In this document: piece by piece, positions 8,582-17,936 of the stretch
Layout: each line of letters starts with the position of its first letter
Numbering within the stretch: the first letter of the stretch is position 1
Source: Brevundimonas sp.
GTDB taxonomy: Bacteria > Pseudomonadota > Alphaproteobacteria > Caulobacterales > Caulobacteraceae
Direction: 5' to 3'
DNA length: 64,000 nt
Assembly: GCF_029945885.1 (NCBI RefSeq)
Contig: NZ_JAQSDK010000033.1
Location: 38,822 to 102,821 of the forward strand
Program-made: the position numbers and the translations under genes
Notes under the pieces: model-generated
Told to the model about the DNA's origin: nothing
The model's input: only the letters and a program-made list of their open reading frames with translations
Database searches by the model: none

Positions 8582-10783
8582 TCAGGCCGCCTCCCAGCCC
8601 CTGTCGATGGCCCAGACGGCGAAGGCGTAGTCGTGGGCGACCTCCTTCAGATAGTCGAACCGCCCGGATGACCCGGCGTGACCGGCCTCCATGTTGATCT
8701 TAAGCAGAACCGGCCTGCCCGAGGTCGTCGCCGGGCGCAGCTTCGCCACCCATTTCTCGGGCTCCCAGTAGGTGACGCGCGGATCGGACAGGCCGCCGGT
8801 GGCCAGCACGGCCGGATAGGCCTTGGCCTCGACATTGTCGTAGGGGCTGTAGCTCATCATGTAGTCGTAGGCTTCGGGGTCCTCGATCGGATTGCCCCAT
8901 TCGGGCCATTCCGGCGGAGTCAGCGGCAGGCTGGTGTCCGACATGGTGTTGATCACATCGACGAACGGAACCTGGCCGATGACGCCGGCCCAAAGGTCGG
9001 GGCGCATATTGGTCACGGCCCCGACCAGCAGGCCGCCGGCCGACCCCCCCTGGGCGACGATATGGCCGGCCTTGCCGTGGCCGCTGCCGATCAGGTGTTC
9101 GGCCGCCGCGATGAAGTCGGTGAAGGTGTTCTTCTTGGTGAAGCGCCGGGCGTCGAGGAACCAGCCCCAACCCTTGTCCGAGCCACCGCGAATGTGGGCG
9201 ATCGCATAGATCCAGCCCCGGTCGACCAGCGACAGCCGGTTGGTCGAGAAACTGGCCGACATCGGAATGCCGTAGGAGCCGTAGCCGTACAGCAGCAGCG
9301 GGGCCGAGCCGTCAACCGGCGTCGATTTGCGGCGCACGATGGTGACCGGCACCAGCGCGCCGTCGGCGGCGGGGGCGTTCAGCCGCTCGACCACATAGTC
9401 GGCCGGGTCGTGGCCCGACGGCACCTCCTGCACCTTGCGCAGGGTCCGTTCGCGCGTGGCCAGATCATAGTCATAGGTGGAGCTGGGCGTGGACGGCGAA
9501 CTGTAGCCATAGCGCATGACCGTGGTGTCGAACTCCGACGCCCCGCGCAGTGACAGGGCATAGGCGGGTTCGTCGACGGCGATCTGGTGCTCGCTGCCCG
9601 AACGGTCGCGGATGACGATGGTGGTGTTGGCGTCGGCCCGCTCCTGACGGCCGACGAAATCCTTCACCAGGGCCACCCCCTCGATGTAACGCCCCGGCGC
9701 ATGGGCGACGAGGTCGGTCCAGTGGGCCTTGCCGGGTGTCGCGGTCGGGGCCTCGACGATCTTGAAGTCGATCGAGTCGTCGGCATTGGTGCGGATGACC
9801 CAACGGTCGCCCCAGTGGTCGGCGTCGTACAGGCGGCCGGTGTGGCGCGGTTCCAGCACGACCGGCGTGGCGGTCGGGGTCGCGGCCGGGATGACCCGGG
9901 CCTCCGACGTCTCCTGGTTGGCGATCGAGATCAGGACGAAGGCGTCGTCGGACGTCCGCCCGACGCTGATGAACATGCCCTCGTCGGCCTCCTCATCGAC
10001 CAGACTGGTCGCGCCGCCGCGGACGGGCCGACGGAAGATCTTGTCCGGCCGGCCGTTGTCGTTGCGGTTGGTCCAGAAGATCCACTGGCTGTCCGGCGAG
10101 AAGGTGAAGTCCCCGGTCGCCGAACCGATCGGGTCGGGCAGGACGTCGCCCGTGGCCAGGTCCTTCACATAGATCTGGTGGACCTCCGACCCCTGGGCGT
10201 CCTCGGCATAGGCGAACAGGGTGTGGTCGGGGCTGTGGTCCGCACTCGAGACCTGGGAATAGGCCTTGCCCTCGGCCAGGGCGTTGGTGTCGAGGAGGAG
10301 TTGGGGCTCGACGTGGTTCGGGTGGAGTTCCGTTCCATCCGGGAGCTTCAGCCTCGGCTTGCGCATGAACCGCGGGTGCTGGTCCCCCGTCTTGAATTCG
10401 GTAAAATACTCCCAGCGACCATCCGGTGACGGGACCGAGCTGTCGTCCTCCTTGATCCGCCCCTTCATCTCCTCGAACATCGCCGCCTGCAGCGGCAGGG
10501 TCGCGACCATCATCGCCTCGCGATAGGCGTTCTCGGCAGTGAGATGCTCTTTCACATCGGCCTTGATCAGGGTCGGGTCGCGCAGCACGGCCTGCCAGTT
10601 GTCGTCCTTCATCCACTGATAGTCGTCGGTCCGGACCCGGCCCAGCTGTTCGATGGTCACGGGAATCTTCTTCGCGACGGGGGCTTGCGGACGGGTCATC
10701 GAGGCTCCGGGAGTCTGGCGGGCAAGGGCAGGGCCGGCGACGGCGGTCGCGGCGGCGGTGGCGATCAGTTGACGGCGGTTCAT
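8582..10783 (-). CDS. ptrB: Oligopeptidase B (S9A) with Tat-like signal
   Basis: GGSAGG, DPRV and AGH catalytic triad; DDYQWMKD; start MNRRQLI with CAGGAG RBS. Confidence 0.93.
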   Translation of the reverse strand: MNRRQLIATAAATAVAGPALARQTPGASMTRPQAPVAKKIPVTIEQLGRVRTDDYQWMKDDNWQAVLRDPTLIKADVKEHLTAENAYREAMMVATLPLQAAMFEEMKGRIKEDDSSVPSPDGRWEYFTEFKTGDQHPRFMRKPRLKLPDGTELHPNHVEPQLLLDTNALAEGKAYSQVSSADHSPDHTLFAYAEDAQGSEVHQIYVKDLATGDVLPDPIGSATGDFTFSPDSQWIFWTNRNDNGRPDKIFRRPVRGGATSLVDEEADEGMFISVGRTSDDAFVLISIANQETSEARVIPAATPTATPVVLEPRHTGRLYDADHWGDRWVIRTNADDSIDFKIVEAPTATPGKAHWTDLVAHAPGRYIEGVALVKDFVGRQERADANTTIVIRDRSGSEHQIAVDEPAYALSLRGASEFDTTVMRYGYSSPSTPSSTYDYDLATRERTLRKVQEVPSGHDPADYVVERLNAPAADGALVPVTIVRRKSTPVDGSAPLLLYGYGSYGIPMSASFSTNRLSLVDRGWIYAIAHIRGGSDKGWGWFLDARRFTKKNTFTDFIAAAEHLIGSGHGKAGHIVAQGGSAGGLLVGAVTNMRPDLWAGVIGQVPFVDVINTMSDTSLPLTPPEWPEWGNPIEDPEAYDYMMSYSPYDNVEAKAYPAVLATGGLSDPRVTYWEPEKWVAKLRPATTSGRPVLLKINMEAGHAGSSGRFDYLKEVAHDYAFAVWAIDRGWEAA

Positions 10784-10874
10784 GGGCCAGGCTCCTGTCG
10801 GTGTCGGCCGACCTTGTGCGCGGTGCCCCCGCGCCGTCAAATGAAGTTCAGCCGCCCTGGCCGCCGGAGTGTCC

Positions 10875-11684
10875 ATGTTCGCGATCCAGATTCCGCCCGA
10901 GCCCTCGCCGGTTCCGGCCCCGGTCATGGCCCCGAGCTGGGACCTGACGCGCGGCCTGATCGACGCCACGGTGCAGCTGGACCAGCCGGACGGCAACGGG
11001 CGGCGCACGGTCGGGACCGGCTTCCTGGTCGAGGCTCCCCGGCCGGACGGCACGCCACGCACCGTGCTGGTCACCGCCGCCCATGTGTTTGAGCGTATGC
11101 CCGGTACCGAGGCGCGGATCGGCTGGCGCACGGCCCTGCCGGACGGGGCCTGGCGGTTCACGCCGGAACCGCTGCGCATCCGAGAGGCCGACCTGACACC
11201 GGACTGGACCCGGCATCCCGATCGCGACATCGCGGTGATGGAGATCGTCGCCCCCGAGACCTTCGCCCGGGCCGCCATCCCGCTGGGCTGGCTGGCCGGA
11301 TCGACGGACTTTGACACCTGGCAGGTCGGGCCGGGTGACGAACTGCTGTCGCTGGGCTTTCCGCGCGGCCTGTCGGCCAACCGGGCCGGGTTTCCGATCC
11401 TCAGGGTCGGGCGGATCGCCTCATGGCCGCTGACGCCGATCGCGGCCTTCCCGACCTTCCTGCTGGACTTCCCGGTCCATGCCGGGGACTCCGGCGGGCC
11501 GGTGTTCTGGACCCCGAGCGCGCGTCGTCTGCCGGACACGCCGATGCCGGACCACCCGTTCATCGCCGGGGTGCTGGTCCAGACCGTCGAGGTCGATGGA
11601 CAGGACCTCGGCATCGGTGTCGTCGCCCACGCCCGCTATGTGCTTGACGCCATCGCCCTGATGGACGCCGCGCCGGGGCCCTGA
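10875..11684 (+). CDS. Trypsin-like serine protease
   Basis: VTAAHV, DIAV and GDSGGPV triad; GGAG RBS before ATG 10875. Confidence 0.85.
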   Translation: MFAIQIPPEPSPVPAPVMAPSWDLTRGLIDATVQLDQPDGNGRRTVGTGFLVEAPRPDGTPRTVLVTAAHVFERMPGTEARIGWRTALPDGAWRFTPEPLRIREADLTPDWTRHPDRDIAVMEIVAPETFARAAIPLGWLAGSTDFDTWQVGPGDELLSLGFPRGLSANRAGFPILRVGRIASWPLTPIAAFPTFLLDFPVHAGDSGGPVFWTPSARRLPDTPMPDHPFIAGVLVQTVEVDGQDLGIGVVAHARYVLDAIALMDAAPGP

Positions 11685-11869
11685 GGCACCGGTCGCGACC
11701 CGTACCCGGAGCATGGGTCACCGGTCCGTCGCGGACTCTTGTCCGATCCGCAGCCGGACCGTGATGCGCTTGCCACCGACCACCCCGAGGGTCCGGCCGG
11801 GGTCGCGGGGGGCGATCCCCGGTGACGCATCACGGATGCGGTCGCCGTCATCCCGGATCGGGGGACGGG

Positions 11870-13060
11870 ATGCTCAGGATCGTCCTGATGACGCTGGCGG
11901 CGCTGCTGCTGACGGGGCTTGCGCGGGCGTCGATGCTGACGACGGCGGCCGAGTCCTTCGCCGGCCATGTCAGCACCGACGGCTATTTCGACTATACGGG
12001 GCTGGTGCACCTGCACACCGAATATTCCGGGGACGCGTCCGGCACCTATACGGCCGTGGCCCGGGACGCGGAGGCGGTCGGGGTCCGCTTCCTGATCGCC
12101 ACCGAGCATGAGAATCTGGACGCCCTGCGGGACGGGCGCGAGGGCTGGTACGGGTCGACCCTGATGCTGAGCGGGGCGGAGAGTACCCGGCCCGAGGGCT
12201 CCCTGCTGGGCCTCGATATCGACGCCTATCCGGTCACCCGGGAGGATGCGACGGCCAGCTTCCTCGACTCGGTCACGGCCCAGGGCGGCATGGTCATCCT
12301 GGCCCATGCCGACAGTCCGCGCTGGGCCTGGCAGGGGCCGCTGGACGACCGGGTCGCGGGGATGGAGATGCTGGACCTGGCCGACCTGTTCCATATGGCC
12401 AGCCTCGGCGAGAAATTGACCGCGGTGGCCCTGCTGCCGGTCAACCGGACCGCGGCCTATCTGGAACTGGGCCGTAGCGCGGGCTCGCCGTTCGACATCT
12501 GGGACGGCGTCGGGAAAAAGCGCAAATTCGTCGGTCTTTACGCGCCGGATTTCCACCAGTGCCTCGAGATCATCAATGACCGCTGTTTCGCCTTTCCCCG
12601 GGCGCGGGACATCATGGGTCTGGTGCGCAACCACATCCTGACGCGGACCCCGTTCACCGGCGACGCCGCCGTGGACCGGCAGACGGTCTATGCAGCCATC
12701 GCCGCGGGACATCTGTATGTGTCGCTCGACGTCCTGGCCGATGCGACAGGCTTCATGTTCTCGGCGGTCCAGGACGGACGCAAGGTGGTGATGGGGGACG
12801 AGCTGGACGCCCGGGCCGGGGCCCGGTTCACCGTGACCCTGCCGCCCACCGCGCGCGCGGTGAAGCCGACCGTCCATCTGATCAAGGACGGGATCCAGAT
12901 CGCCGTGCTGGAAAGCCGGGACGGCACGGTGCGGTTCTCCGACCGCGGGCCGGGGGTCTACCGGATCGAGGTCCGGACCGACATCCCCACCTTCTTCGGC
13001 CGGGATCGGAACGCGGTCTGGATCTATTCCAATCCCATCTATCTGCGGCAGCGGGGCTGA
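11870..13060 (+). CDS. Secreted PHP-fold (CehA/McbA-like) metallohydrolase
   Basis: Signal peptide MLRIVLMTLAALLLTGLARA; HLHTEYSGD, TEH, LAH, DFH; C-terminal YRIEV...YSNPIY. Confidence 0.75.
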   Translation: MLRIVLMTLAALLLTGLARASMLTTAAESFAGHVSTDGYFDYTGLVHLHTEYSGDASGTYTAVARDAEAVGVRFLIATEHENLDALRDGREGWYGSTLMLSGAESTRPEGSLLGLDIDAYPVTREDATASFLDSVTAQGGMVILAHADSPRWAWQGPLDDRVAGMEMLDLADLFHMASLGEKLTAVALLPVNRTAAYLELGRSAGSPFDIWDGVGKKRKFVGLYAPDFHQCLEIINDRCFAFPRARDIMGLVRNHILTRTPFTGDAAVDRQTVYAAIAAGHLYVSLDVLADATGFMFSAVQDGRKVVMGDELDARAGARFTVTLPPTARAVKPTVHLIKDGIQIAVLESRDGTVRFSDRGPGVYRIEVRTDIPTFFGRDRNAVWIYSNPIYLRQRG

Positions 13061-13069
13061 GGCGCGGAT

Positions 13070-14854
13070 TCAGCCGGCCAGAACCTCGGCCGACATCCGC
13101 TCCAGCAGGGCCCCGCCCTGGCCGATGGTGGCCAGACGGCTGGAGACATGGCCCAGCACATTGGCGGCATAGACCTCGTACAGGGTGATCTTGCCGTTGA
13201 GCCAGACCGTGTCGCTGTCACCGGCGTCGAGACGGGTCTTGGCAGCCAGGGCCCCCTTGGCCAGCATCCAGCCCCCGATCACATCGCCCAGCAGCTTCAG
13301 ATAGGCGTCAGCGGCGGCCAGCACATCGGCCCCGCCGTCCTCGGCGGCCTTGCGGTCCAGGATCCACAGGGTGGCGTCCTCGACGGCCTCGATGGCATTG
13401 GCGAAGCGTTCGACCGGCTTGCCCTCGAACAGACGCGGCAGGTCCAGCAGGGTGGTCTTCATGGCCAGGATCACGGCCTTGGCCGAGGCTCCGCCGTCCT
13501 GGCCCAGTTTGCGCCCGACCAGGTCGATGGCCTGGATGCCGTTGGTGCCTTCGTAGATGGGGGCGATGCGCGCGTCCCTGTAGTACTGGGCCGCGCCGGT
13601 CTCTTCGATGAAGCCCATGCCGCCGTGAATCTGCACGCCGAGTGAGGCGACCTCGCAGCCGACATCTGTCGACCAGGCCTTGGCGATCGGGGTGAACAGG
13701 TCCTCGCGACCCTTCCAGGCCTGACGCTCCTCTTCGGTGGCCGCGTGACGGGCCAGGTCGGCGGCGACGCCGGTCGCCAGGCAGATGGCCCGGGCGGCGG
13801 CGATCTTCGCCTTCATCACCGACAGGGTGCGACGCACGTCCGGATGATCAAGAATCGGGGCATTGGCCTCACCGGTCCAGATCGAGCGACCCTGCCGCCG
13901 GTCGGCGGCATAGGCGAGGGCGTGCTGATAGGCGCGTTCGGCGATCCCGACTCCTTCCACGCCGACGGCGAGGCGGGCGGCGTTCATCATCACGAACATA
14001 TGCGACAGGCCCTGGTTGGGCCGGCCCACCAGTTCGGCGGTCGCGCCCTCATAGCTCATCACACAGGTCGGCGAGGCGTGGATGCCCAGCTTGTGTTCGA
14101 TGCCGACCGGCTTGAACGCGTTGCGCGCGCCCAGCGACCCGTCGGGAGTGACCGCATATTTCGAGGCCAGGAACAGGCTGATGCCCTTGGGTCCGGCGGG
14201 CGCGTCCGGCAGGCGGGCCAGCACCAGATGGACGATGTTGTCGGTGGCGTCGTGGTCGCCCCAGGTGATGTAGATCTTCTGGCCGTTGAGGGCATAGGTG
14301 CCGTCGCCGTTGGGCGTGGCCGTGGTCGTCAGCGCCCCGAGGTCGGAGCCGGCCTGGGGCTCGGTCAGGACCATGGCCCCGGTCCATTCGCCCGAAACCA
14401 GCCGGGTCAGATAGATGGCCTTCTGGGACTCGGTACCATGCGCTTCCAGCGCCTCGATCGAGGCCAGGGACAGCATCGGGCACAGGCCGAAGGCCATATT
14501 GGCCGAGTGGACGGTCTCATAGGCCGCCAGTTCCAGCGCCTTGGGCAGGTGCTGGCCACCGGAGTCGGTCGAGGCCGTCAGGCCGGTCCAGCCGCCGGCC
14601 GCAAACTGGCGATAGGCGTCGGCGAAGCCCGGGGCGGCGGTGACGTCACCGTCGGCAAAGCTCGATCCCTGCAGGTCGCCGATGCGGTTCAGCGGGGCCA
14701 GGACCCCTTCGGAGAACTGGCCGGCGGCCTCGAGCACGGCCCGCATCAGGTCGCCGTCATAGTCCGGAAACGCCCCGCTGGCGGCGACCATATCGATGCC
14801 GGCGATGGCTTCGAGGGTAAAGGCGAGGTCGCGGACGGGCGCGCGGTAGGTCAT
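13070..14854 (-). CDS. Acyl-CoA dehydrogenase
   Basis: MTYRAPVRDL, MVLTEPQAGSDLG, GQKIYIT, IYEGTNGIQA motifs. Confidence 0.95.
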   Translation of the reverse strand: MTYRAPVRDLAFTLEAIAGIDMVAASGAFPDYDGDLMRAVLEAAGQFSEGVLAPLNRIGDLQGSSFADGDVTAAPGFADAYRQFAAGGWTGLTASTDSGGQHLPKALELAAYETVHSANMAFGLCPMLSLASIEALEAHGTESQKAIYLTRLVSGEWTGAMVLTEPQAGSDLGALTTTATPNGDGTYALNGQKIYITWGDHDATDNIVHLVLARLPDAPAGPKGISLFLASKYAVTPDGSLGARNAFKPVGIEHKLGIHASPTCVMSYEGATAELVGRPNQGLSHMFVMMNAARLAVGVEGVGIAERAYQHALAYAADRRQGRSIWTGEANAPILDHPDVRRTLSVMKAKIAAARAICLATGVAADLARHAATEEERQAWKGREDLFTPIAKAWSTDVGCEVASLGVQIHGGMGFIEETGAAQYYRDARIAPIYEGTNGIQAIDLVGRKLGQDGGASAKAVILAMKTTLLDLPRLFEGKPVERFANAIEAVEDATLWILDRKAAEDGGADVLAAADAYLKLLGDVIGGWMLAKGALAAKTRLDAGDSDTVWLNGKITLYEVYAANVLGHVSSRLATIGQGGALLERMSAEVLAG

Positions 14855-14989
14855 CGAGGGAATCCTGGACAGATATCTTCTGTATATCGGGCGGTATGTG
14901 CCGGTGTAGACAGGGACGACGCAAGCGGCTTGGCATAAACCGGCTGTTGGCTGCAATCTGAAGCCCTGCCGTTGCGGAATGGAAGAGAT

Positions 14990-15541
14990 ATGGCCGAACC
15001 CCGTCATCGCTATTCGACCGTATCCCTGACCCTGCACTGGGGCATTGCGCTTCTGGTCGCGGTCCAGGTCGGGCTGGTCACCGTCCACGAAGCGACCGAG
15101 GGGCCGATGTCGCGGGCCATGATCGACTGGCACAAGTCGGTGGGGATGACGATTCTGGTCCTGACCCTGGGGCGAATCGTCTGGCGGCTGATGAACCCGG
15201 CCCATCCCTTGCCGGTCGACGCGCCGCGCTGGCAGAACCTGCTGGCCCGCACCACCCACATCCTGTTCTACGTCCTGCTGATTGCCCTGCCGCTGGGCGG
15301 CTGGGCGGCATCGTCGGCAGGCGGCCGGGCCGTGGAATGGTTCGGCCTGTTCAGCTGGCCCGCCCTTCCGGTGCCGCTGGACAAGTCCCTGGCGCGGACC
15401 TTCATCGACCTGCACGGGGCCGGGGTGAAGGTGCTTTACGTGCTGCTGGCCCTGCACGTCGCCGGGGCGCTGAAGCACCATTTCATCGACCGCGACAACA
15501 TCCTGTACAGGATGCTGCCGATCCTGCGCCGCCGGCCGTGA
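14990..15541 (+). CDS. Cytochrome b561 (YceJ-like)
   Basis: LHW, WHKSVG, LH...LHVAGALKHH haem His pattern with TM helices. Confidence 0.92.
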   Translation: MAEPRHRYSTVSLTLHWGIALLVAVQVGLVTVHEATEGPMSRAMIDWHKSVGMTILVLTLGRIVWRLMNPAHPLPVDAPRWQNLLARTTHILFYVLLIALPLGGWAASSAGGRAVEWFGLFSWPALPVPLDKSLARTFIDLHGAGVKVLYVLLALHVAGALKHHFIDRDNILYRMLPILRRRP

Positions 15542-16101
15542 CACGGGGCGCAGTCCTGCTGGCCGGTCTGTTGGCCCTGACGACGACGGCGATGTCGCCG
15601 CCGCCGTCAGTCTGGACGGTCGCCCGGGAGACCTCGACCATTGATCTGCGGGTCCATGCCTTCGGCAGCGAACACGCCGGCCGGTTCGAGACCTGGCAGG
15701 GCGATATCCGCTTTGATCCGGCGGCACCGGTCCGGACCCGGGCCACCGTGGTGGTCCAGGCCGCCTCGTTGAAGATGCATCCGGCGATCGCCACGCGCCG
15801 GGCCACCGGCCCGGCCTTTCTTGACGCCGCCCACCATCCGCAGATCCGGTTCGAGCTGCGGTCACTCGATACCGTCGGCGCTGGGCAGTTCACCGCCCAT
15901 GCCGATGTGTCGATCAAGGACCACACCCGGGCGATCACCTTTCCGGTGCGGCTTGAGGTCGAGGGCGACACCGCCCGGATATCCGGCGACTTCAGCCTCG
16001 ACCGTGCCGATTTCGATCTCGGCACCTCGGGTCCGCTGAACCGTCTGGTCGGCCCCCGGGTCCAGGTCCGGGTCGCGCTGCGGATGCAACATGTCGTCTG
16101 A
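15538..16101 (+). CDS. YceI family lipid/polyisoprenoid-binding protein
   Basis: Signal peptide, GRFETWQGDIRFD, FLDAAHHPQIRF, LDRADFDLG; GTGA overlap with cyt b561. Confidence 0.85.
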   Translation: MTRGAVLLAGLLALTTTAMSPPPSVWTVARETSTIDLRVHAFGSEHAGRFETWQGDIRFDPAAPVRTRATVVVQAASLKMHPAIATRRATGPAFLDAAHHPQIRFELRSLDTVGAGQFTAHADVSIKDHTRAITFPVRLEVEGDTARISGDFSLDRADFDLGTSGPLNRLVGPRVQVRVALRMQHVV

Positions 16102-17014
16102 CGCGACCGACCGTGAGGCCGCCGACGCCCTGCGGGCCGGGCAGCTGGTGATCCTGCCGACCGAGACCGTCTATGGTCTGGCGGCGGATGCCGCCAGTCC
16201 GGATGCCGTGGCCGCCATTTTCGAGGCCAAGGGCCGGCCGCGCTTCAATCCCCTGATCGCCCACGTCGCCGATGCGGTCGAGGCCGAGCGGATCGGTGTG
16301 TTCGATGATCGGGCCCGGGCCCTGGCCGCGGCCTTCTGGCCCGGCCCCCTCACGCTCGTCGTGCCGGTGCGCGACCGTGACCGGGTCTGCGATCTGGCCC
16401 GGGCCGGGCTGGACAGTGTGGCGATCCGGGTCCCGGGACACCGCCGGGCCCGCGATGTGATCGCCGCCTTTGGCGGGCCGGTCGTGGCCCCCTCGGCCAA
16501 CCGCTCCGGCCGGCCCAGCCCGACCACCTATGCCGACGCCGTCGAGGAGACAGGATCGTCCGCCGCCGCCGCGATCGACGGGGGCGACTGCGCCGTCGGG
16601 GTCGAGAGTACCGTGGTCTCGGTGCTGGACGGACGGGTGGCGCTGCTGCGACCGGGGGCGGTGACCCGGGCCGAGATCGAGGCCCTGGTCGGGCCGGTCG
16701 ATACGGCCGGGGAGGGGCATCGCTCCCCGGGACGGCTGACCCTGCACTATGCGCCGGACGCCCCGGTGCGGATCGAGGCGATGCAGGCGCTCGACGGCGA
16801 GATCCTGCTCGGTTTCGGCCCGGGCAGTGGCGAGGCGCGCTGGAGTCTGAGCCCGACCGGCGACCTGCGCGAGGCGGCGGCCAATCTGTTCCGGCACCTG
16901 CGTGAAGCGGATCGCGAACACCCGGTCGGCATCGCTGTCGCCCCGGTGCCCGACCACGGATTGGGCGAGGCGATCAATGACCGGCTCAGGCGGGCGGCGG
17001 GGTTTGTCGGCTGA
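16091..17014 (+). CDS. tsaC: Threonylcarbamoyl-AMP synthase (Sua5 type)
   Basis: PTETVYGL, KGRPRFNPLI, FWPGPLT, APSANRSG; C-terminal Sua5 domain (SPG...HYAP). Confidence 0.96.
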   Translation: MSSDATDREAADALRAGQLVILPTETVYGLAADAASPDAVAAIFEAKGRPRFNPLIAHVADAVEAERIGVFDDRARALAAAFWPGPLTLVVPVRDRDRVCDLARAGLDSVAIRVPGHRRARDVIAAFGGPVVAPSANRSGRPSPTTYADAVEETGSSAAAAIDGGDCAVGVESTVVSVLDGRVALLRPGAVTRAEIEALVGPVDTAGEGHRSPGRLTLHYAPDAPVRIEAMQALDGEILLGFGPGSGEARWSLSPTGDLREAAANLFRHLREADREHPVGIAVAPVPDHGLGEAINDRLRRAAGFVG

Positions 17015-17017
17015 AGC

Positions 17018-17866
17018 CTACTGCGCCGTCCAGCCGCCGTCGATCGAGAAGCTGGCCCCGTTGGCCGAGGCCCCGAGGTCGCTGACCAGATACAGGAACA
17101 GGCCCGCCAGTTCGTCGGTGGTGACGAACCGTTTGGTCGGCTGGGAGCCGAGGATGATGTCCTTGAGGACCGCCTCTTTCGACATGCCGCGGGTGCGGGC
17201 CTGGTCGGCGATCTGCTTTTCGACGATCGGCGTCTCGACGAAGCCGGGGCAGATGGCGTTGCAGGTGATGTTGTCCTGGGCCAGTTCCAGGGCCACCGTC
17301 TTGGTGAAGCCGAGGACCCCATGCTTGGCGGCGACATAGGCCGATTTGAACGGGCTGGCGACCAGGCCGTGGGCACTGGCGATGTTGACGATCCGGCCGC
17401 GGCCCTGGGCCTTCATGATCGGGATCGCCGCCCGCGTCGCATAGAAGGTCGACGACAGGTTGATGGCGATGATCTGTTCCCATTTGTCGGACGGGAATTT
17501 CTCGACCGCCTCGACATGCTGGACGCCGGCATTGTTGACGAGAATGTCGAGCCGGCCGAGGTCATGCCGGGCAAAGGCGACCATGTCGGCCACCTCCTCG
17601 CCCTTGCGCATATCGGCCCCGTGATAGCGGACGCGCACGCCGCAGGCGGCTTCCATCTCGGACCGGGTGCGTTCGATTTCGGACGGGTCGCCGAGACCGT
17701 TCAGCACGACGTCGCCACCGCGCGCCGCGACCGACCGGGCCAGGGCCAGGCCGATGCCGGAGGTCGATCCCGAGATGACCGCTACCTGTCCCTTGAGGTC
17801 GCCGATGTCGCGAAAGGGAGCCTGTCCGGCGTCAGAGCCGTCGCCGCGTTTGGGCCACTGGAACAT
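17018..17866 (-). CDS. bdhA: 3-hydroxybutyrate dehydrogenase (SDR)
   Basis: SGSTSGIG, NNAGVQH, SAHGLVASPFKSAYVAAKHG; start uncertain. Confidence 0.9.
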   Translation of the reverse strand: MFQWPKRGDGSDAGQAPFRDIGDLKGQVAVISGSTSGIGLALARSVAARGGDVVLNGLGDPSEIERTRSEMEAACGVRVRYHGADMRKGEEVADMVAFARHDLGRLDILVNNAGVQHVEAVEKFPSDKWEQIIAINLSSTFYATRAAIPIMKAQGRGRIVNIASAHGLVASPFKSAYVAAKHGVLGFTKTVALELAQDNITCNAICPGFVETPIVEKQIADQARTRGMSKEAVLKDIILGSQPTKRFVTTDELAGLFLYLVSDLGASANGASFSIDGGWTAQ

Positions 17867-17936
17867 GGAGGTATCGTCCGTCTTGTCTCGGGAAGTCAGC
17901 CTAGCCCTTCGCGGGCGCGAAGGCGACAGGTCCGGC

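Noticed and set aside
10784-11614. N-terminal extension giving a 1010-aa PtrB
   Set aside because: Overlaps the opposite-strand protease gene; RBS and signal peptide support a start at 10783.
14855-15865. N-terminal extension giving a 931-aa acyl-CoA dehydrogenase
   Set aside because: Antisense to cyt b561/YceI; family N-terminus MTYRAP begins at 14854.
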